DNA from: Candidatus Levyibacteriota bacterium
Lineage (GTDB): Bacteria > Patescibacteriota > Microgenomatia > Levybacterales > UBA12049
Assembly (NCBI GenBank): GCA_016182185.1
Contig: JACOXU010000001.1
Location: 466,915-530,914, forward strand
Length of the DNA: 64,000 nt
Reading direction: 5' to 3'
The position numbers were made by a program, and so were the translations under genes. The notes under the pieces are model-generated. The model did not search any database. It was not told the origin of the DNA and was given only the letters and a program-made list of their open reading frames with translations. Shown piece by piece: positions 60,594 through 64,000 of this stretch (the stretch's first letter is position 1; each line of letters starts with the position of its first letter).

Positions 60594-61692
60594 AAACTTC
60601 GGGAAATTTACAGCTTTCTAATTTTATTACACAATCCGTATATTTCTGAATTTCCGTGAAATTTCCATTTCCAATCCGCGGTATAAGCACCCAGCTATAA
60701 TTATATTCACCCGAAATCAGGGGATTAACTAGAAATCCCGGCCTTTTAGTTTTCCGATCCCCAACATCTAAAATTATATTTTCGATCTTGGCATTTTTTA
60801 GCTTCTGAACGAGTCTTATAAAATCATCGAATTCACTTTGCTTAATATCCGTATCAATACTCTCTCCAATGATATTGTAGAGATTTATAATTCTTGCTGG
60901 ATTAAAAACTGTATCTAGTGAAAAAATTTTATCTTTAAAAGCTTTTATGATCTTTTCTTGTCTTTTGCTTCTGGCAAAATCAGAACCTTCTTCTCCTTTG
61001 GCATGACGTGATCTCGCAAACATGAGCGAAGTCCCCCCGTCCATTTCTTGAAGGCCTTTATTAAAATGGATAGTCATATAACGGCATGGGAAAGCCTCAA
61101 GTTGAGAAGAGGCAGTTGCAAGAGTTACAAGTTCTTCTTCGCTGTGTCCACAGGGATCTTCTTCCTTCCCCTCAATCGGATATTCAAAATCATCAAATGC
61201 TCTTTCGACTTCAATATTAAGACCCCCCAATTCATCGACTGCCTTAACAAAACCGTCAAAATCAATTCGAACCCCATAATCTACAGGTTGTTTAAGTATT
61301 TTACTAACAACTGCTTTGGCAAGAACAAGACCTCCTCCCTCTCTCTTGTCTTCTCCTGTTGAATAGGCGGTATTTATTTTTGCATCAAGATCCGGAATCC
61401 ATAGATCTCGGGGAATTGATACCAGAGTTACCTTATTCTGAGAAATAGATATACTCGCAAATATAATTGTATCTGACAGATTGGGTCCTTCATGATTTTT
61501 ACCACCTATTCCTAAAAGAAGTACGTTAACGTTATGGTCTGCAGTTTTGAGCTTTATTTCCCTTTTGAAGATCAGTTCAAAAAGAAACGGACTAATTTTG
61601 ACAAAATCCAAGACTATCTTTCCAACAAAAATTACAAGCAGTAAGCTTAAAAAAAAGAAAATGTATTTTTTAAGTTTTTTATTTTTACGCAT
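60586..61692 (-). CDS. LCP (LytR-CpsA-Psr) family glycopolymer transferase
   Basis: NVLLLGIGG, SDTII, SIPRDLW, KINTAY, FARSRH, SDFARSKRQ. Confidence 0.93.
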   Translation of the reverse strand: MRKNKKLKKYIFFFLSLLLVIFVGKIVLDFVKISPFLFELIFKREIKLKTADHNVNVLLLGIGGKNHEGPNLSDTIIFASISISQNKVTLVSIPRDLWIPDLDAKINTAYSTGEDKREGGGLVLAKAVVSKILKQPVDYGVRIDFDGFVKAVDELGGLNIEVERAFDDFEYPIEGKEEDPCGHSEEELVTLATASSQLEAFPCRYMTIHFNKGLQEMDGGTSLMFARSRHAKGEEGSDFARSKRQEKIIKAFKDKIFSLDTVFNPARIINLYNIIGESIDTDIKQSEFDDFIRLVQKLKNAKIENIILDVGDRKTKRPGFLVNPLISGEYNYSWVLIPRIGNGNFTEIQKYTDCVIKLESCKFPEVSN

Positions 61693-62356
61693 TCTTAACT
61701 ATCCGAAGGAATTCAAAAGGATCAAGACTTGCTCCACCCACTAATGCTCCGTTTATGGTTGGCATTTTGGTAAAACTATTTATATTTTTAGAAGTTACGC
61801 TTCCTCCATACAATATTGTTTCAATTCCAGTTTTTTCCTTTACATTCTTGGCAACTTCTTCTGCATTTTCTGGAGTATCAGGATTTCCCGTTCCTATTGC
61901 GGTTGGCGGTTCATATGCAACAATTTTTATATTCTCAGGAATTGGTGTTTGAGCATTCTGAATACAGAAAATTGCAGAGACATCATGCTTATTGGCCATC
62001 TCTACTTTCTTTTCAATTATCTTATTGTCTTCTGAAAAATTATCTCGTCTTTCAGAATGACCAATAATTACATAATTTGCTAATTCTTTTATTTGAACTC
62101 CATTTACCTCTCCCGTGTACGCTCCTGTCTCATAGGGTGAAATATTTTGTACGCCAATTTGAATCGGTAAATTTAAATTTTTACAACAGTAGTTAACATG
62201 TTCAAGACTAGTAAAAGAAGGACAAATAATTATTTCTTTGTAGCTCAAGTCAAGGTTTTCAGAAGTAAGTTTTTCCTGAAAATCATGCAACCATTTCTCT
62301 GCTTCTTGAAGAGTCTTATTTGATTTCCAGTTAGCAATTAAGAAAAGTTTTTTCAT
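61685..62356 (-). CDS. tpiA: Triosephosphate isomerase
   Basis: IANWKSN, GAYTGE, IIGHSERR, VAYEP, LYGGSV, GALVGGASL. Confidence 0.96.
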   Translation of the reverse strand: MKKLFLIANWKSNKTLQEAEKWLHDFQEKLTSENLDLSYKEIIICPSFTSLEHVNYCCKNLNLPIQIGVQNISPYETGAYTGEVNGVQIKELANYVIIGHSERRDNFSEDNKIIEKKVEMANKHDVSAIFCIQNAQTPIPENIKIVAYEPPTAIGTGNPDTPENAEEVAKNVKEKTGIETILYGGSVTSKNINSFTKMPTINGALVGGASLDPFEFLRIVKNA

Positions 62357-62394
62357 ATGCTACAATGACTAGAAGTATTCATCTATTATAAAGT

Positions 62395-64000
62395 ATGGAT
62401 AAAGACTTACTCAAGGACTTAAATGATGACCAAAAAAAAGCGGTTCTAAATACAGATGGCCCAATGATCATTTTGGCAGGCGCGGGTTCGGGAAAAACAA
62501 GAGTTCTGACTTATAAAGTTATTTATTTAGTTAAAAAACAAAAGGTGTATCCTGATAATATTCTCATGGTCACTTTTACCAACAAGGCAGCCAATGAGAT
62601 GAAAGAAAGAATCAAAAAAAGTCAGATATCCTCCCAGCCCTCTGTATCCACTTTTCATTCTTTGTGCGCAAGGATTCTTAGAATTGACGGAAAGCATATT
62701 GGAATTTCACCAAATTTTATTATTTACGATGAACAGGACCAAATCGATGCGGTCAAAGAAGCCATGAAACTCCTTGAAATTTCAACTCGGGATTTTAAAC
62801 CTGGTTCAATTTTAAACACCATCTCTGAAGCTAAAAATGAATTGATAGAGGAAAGCGAATACCCAAAATACACCAGAGGGTTCTTTCAAGAAACAGTTGC
62901 TAAGGTTTATTTTCTTTATCAAAAAATTCTCAAAGAAAATGATGCCTTAGATTTTGATGATCTTATTCTTAAAACAATTTATCTTTTCGAATCAAGCCCT
63001 CAAGTACTGAAAGAATATCAAAACAAATTTCAATATATTTTAATTGATGAATATCAGGATACCAATCGTTCTCAATATATATTGACAAAAATGCTTGCGG
63101 GAAACGGAAGTATCAAAAAGCAAAATATCTGTGTTGTTGGAGATTTTTCTCAAAGCATATATAGCTGGCGCGGAGCTGATTTTCAGAACCTTATTCGGTT
63201 TAAAGATGATTTCAAGAATACGAAAACATTTTCTCTATCCCAAAATTACCGATCAACGCAAAAAATTTTGGATGCTGCATCCTCAGTAATTTCAAAAAAC
63301 ACTTCTCATCCGATACTTACACTTTGGACCGAAAATAGCAGTGGTGATGATGTGATACTTTACGAAGCAGCCAACGAACATAATGAAGCAGAATTTATTA
63401 TTAATAGAATAACCGATATTAAATTCCAAAACCCCAAACTTAAATATTCAGATTTTGCCGTTCTTTATCGAACCAACGCCCAATCAAGATCAATTGAAGA
63501 AGTGTTTCTGCATCTGGGAATTCCTTATGTTTTAATCGGGGGAACGAGATTCTACGAAAGAAAGGAGATCAAAGATATTCTTGCATATCTCAAGATTCTC
63601 GTAAATCCAAAAGACAAAGTTTCTTTAAAGAGAATCGAAAAATTGGGAAAGGGAAGATTTAAAAAATTTCAGGAATTCCACGAAAAATTTACAGATTCAG
63701 AAAAAGTAAACGAACTTATGACCCTTGAAATTCTAGACCAGGTGATATCTGCCTCTGATTATCTTTCTTTATATGATGAAAAGGACGAAGAGGACAGAGG
63801 AAGACTTGAAAATATAAAAGAACTCCGGTCTGTGGCAATTGAATTCCCCAACATTACTCAGTTTTTGGAAAATGTCGCATTGGTCGAGCAGGAATATCTG
63901 CCGGATCATCCCAAAAATGGTACTAAGAAAGATGCCGTGAATCTCATGACTCTTCACGCGGCCAAAGGCCTTGAATTCCCTGTAGTTTTTATGGTTGGGA
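62395..64000 (+). CDS. pcrA: UvrD/PcrA DNA helicase, 3' truncated by window edge (absent from the ORF track)
   Basis: Manual translation: MDKDLLKDLNDDQKKAV...ILAGAGSGKTRV, VTFTNKAA, IDEYQD, VVGDFSQSIYSWRGA, QNYRS, LYRTNAQSR, LMTLHAAKGLEF. Confidence 0.96.
   Translation, partial: MDKDLLKDLNDDQKKAVLNTDGPMIILAGAGSGKTRVLTYKVIYLVKKQKVYPDNILMVTFTNKAANEMKERIKKSQISSQPSVSTFHSLCARILRIDGKHIGISPNFIIYDEQDQIDAVKEAMKLLEISTRDFKPGSILNTISEAKNELIEESEYPKYTRGFFQETVAKVYFLYQKILKENDALDFDDLILKTIYLFESSPQVLKEYQNKFQYILIDEYQDTNRSQYILTKMLAGNGSIKKQNICVVGDFSQSIYSWRGADFQNLIRFKDDFKNTKTFSLSQNYRSTQKILDAASSVISKNTSHPILTLWTENSSGDDVILYEAANEHNEAEFIINRITDIKFQNPKLKYSDFAVLYRTNAQSRSIEEVFLHLGIPYVLIGGTRFYERKEIKDILAYLKILVNPKDKVSLKRIEKLGKGRFKKFQEFHEKFTDSEKVNELMTLEILDQVISASDYLSLYDEKDEEDRGRLENIKELRSVAIEFPNITQFLENVALVEQEYLPDHPKNGTKKDAVNLMTLHAAKGLEFPVVFMVG

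Overview
Low-GC, gene-dense bacterial chromosome segment. Gene content and style suggest Patescibacteria/CPR, probably Microgenomates (inferred, not demonstrated). Most of the window is housekeeping: mltG, ftsK, rnj, pnp, rpsO, infB, nusA, hrcA-grpE-dnaK-dnaJ, metG, tatD, groES-groEL, lepA, murJ, rpsT, tpiA and pcrA, plus envelope glycosylation and surface-protein genes. The standout is a complete diversity-generating retroelement (DGR) between pnp and a truncated lon (6579-9162). It has a target gene with a C-terminal variable repeat, a 112-bp template repeat differing from it only at template adenines (21 of 21 mismatches), a DGR-type reverse transcriptase and an avd gene. Unusually, avd lies antisense between TR and RT, and its start codon is separated from its coding body by an out-of-frame (CA)10 tract. 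This looks like a slipped-strand phase-variation ON/OFF switch on the hypermutation machinery, currently OFF. The window also carries several families of small palindromic repeats found both between genes and in-frame inside proteins (IF-2, GrpE, a DUF2298-like membrane protein). Many genes have promoter motifs immediately before the start codon, and there is a pilin/VirB6-like/two-Clp-ATPase/M4-peptidase cluster. All calls come from reading motifs by eye; no database searches were run.
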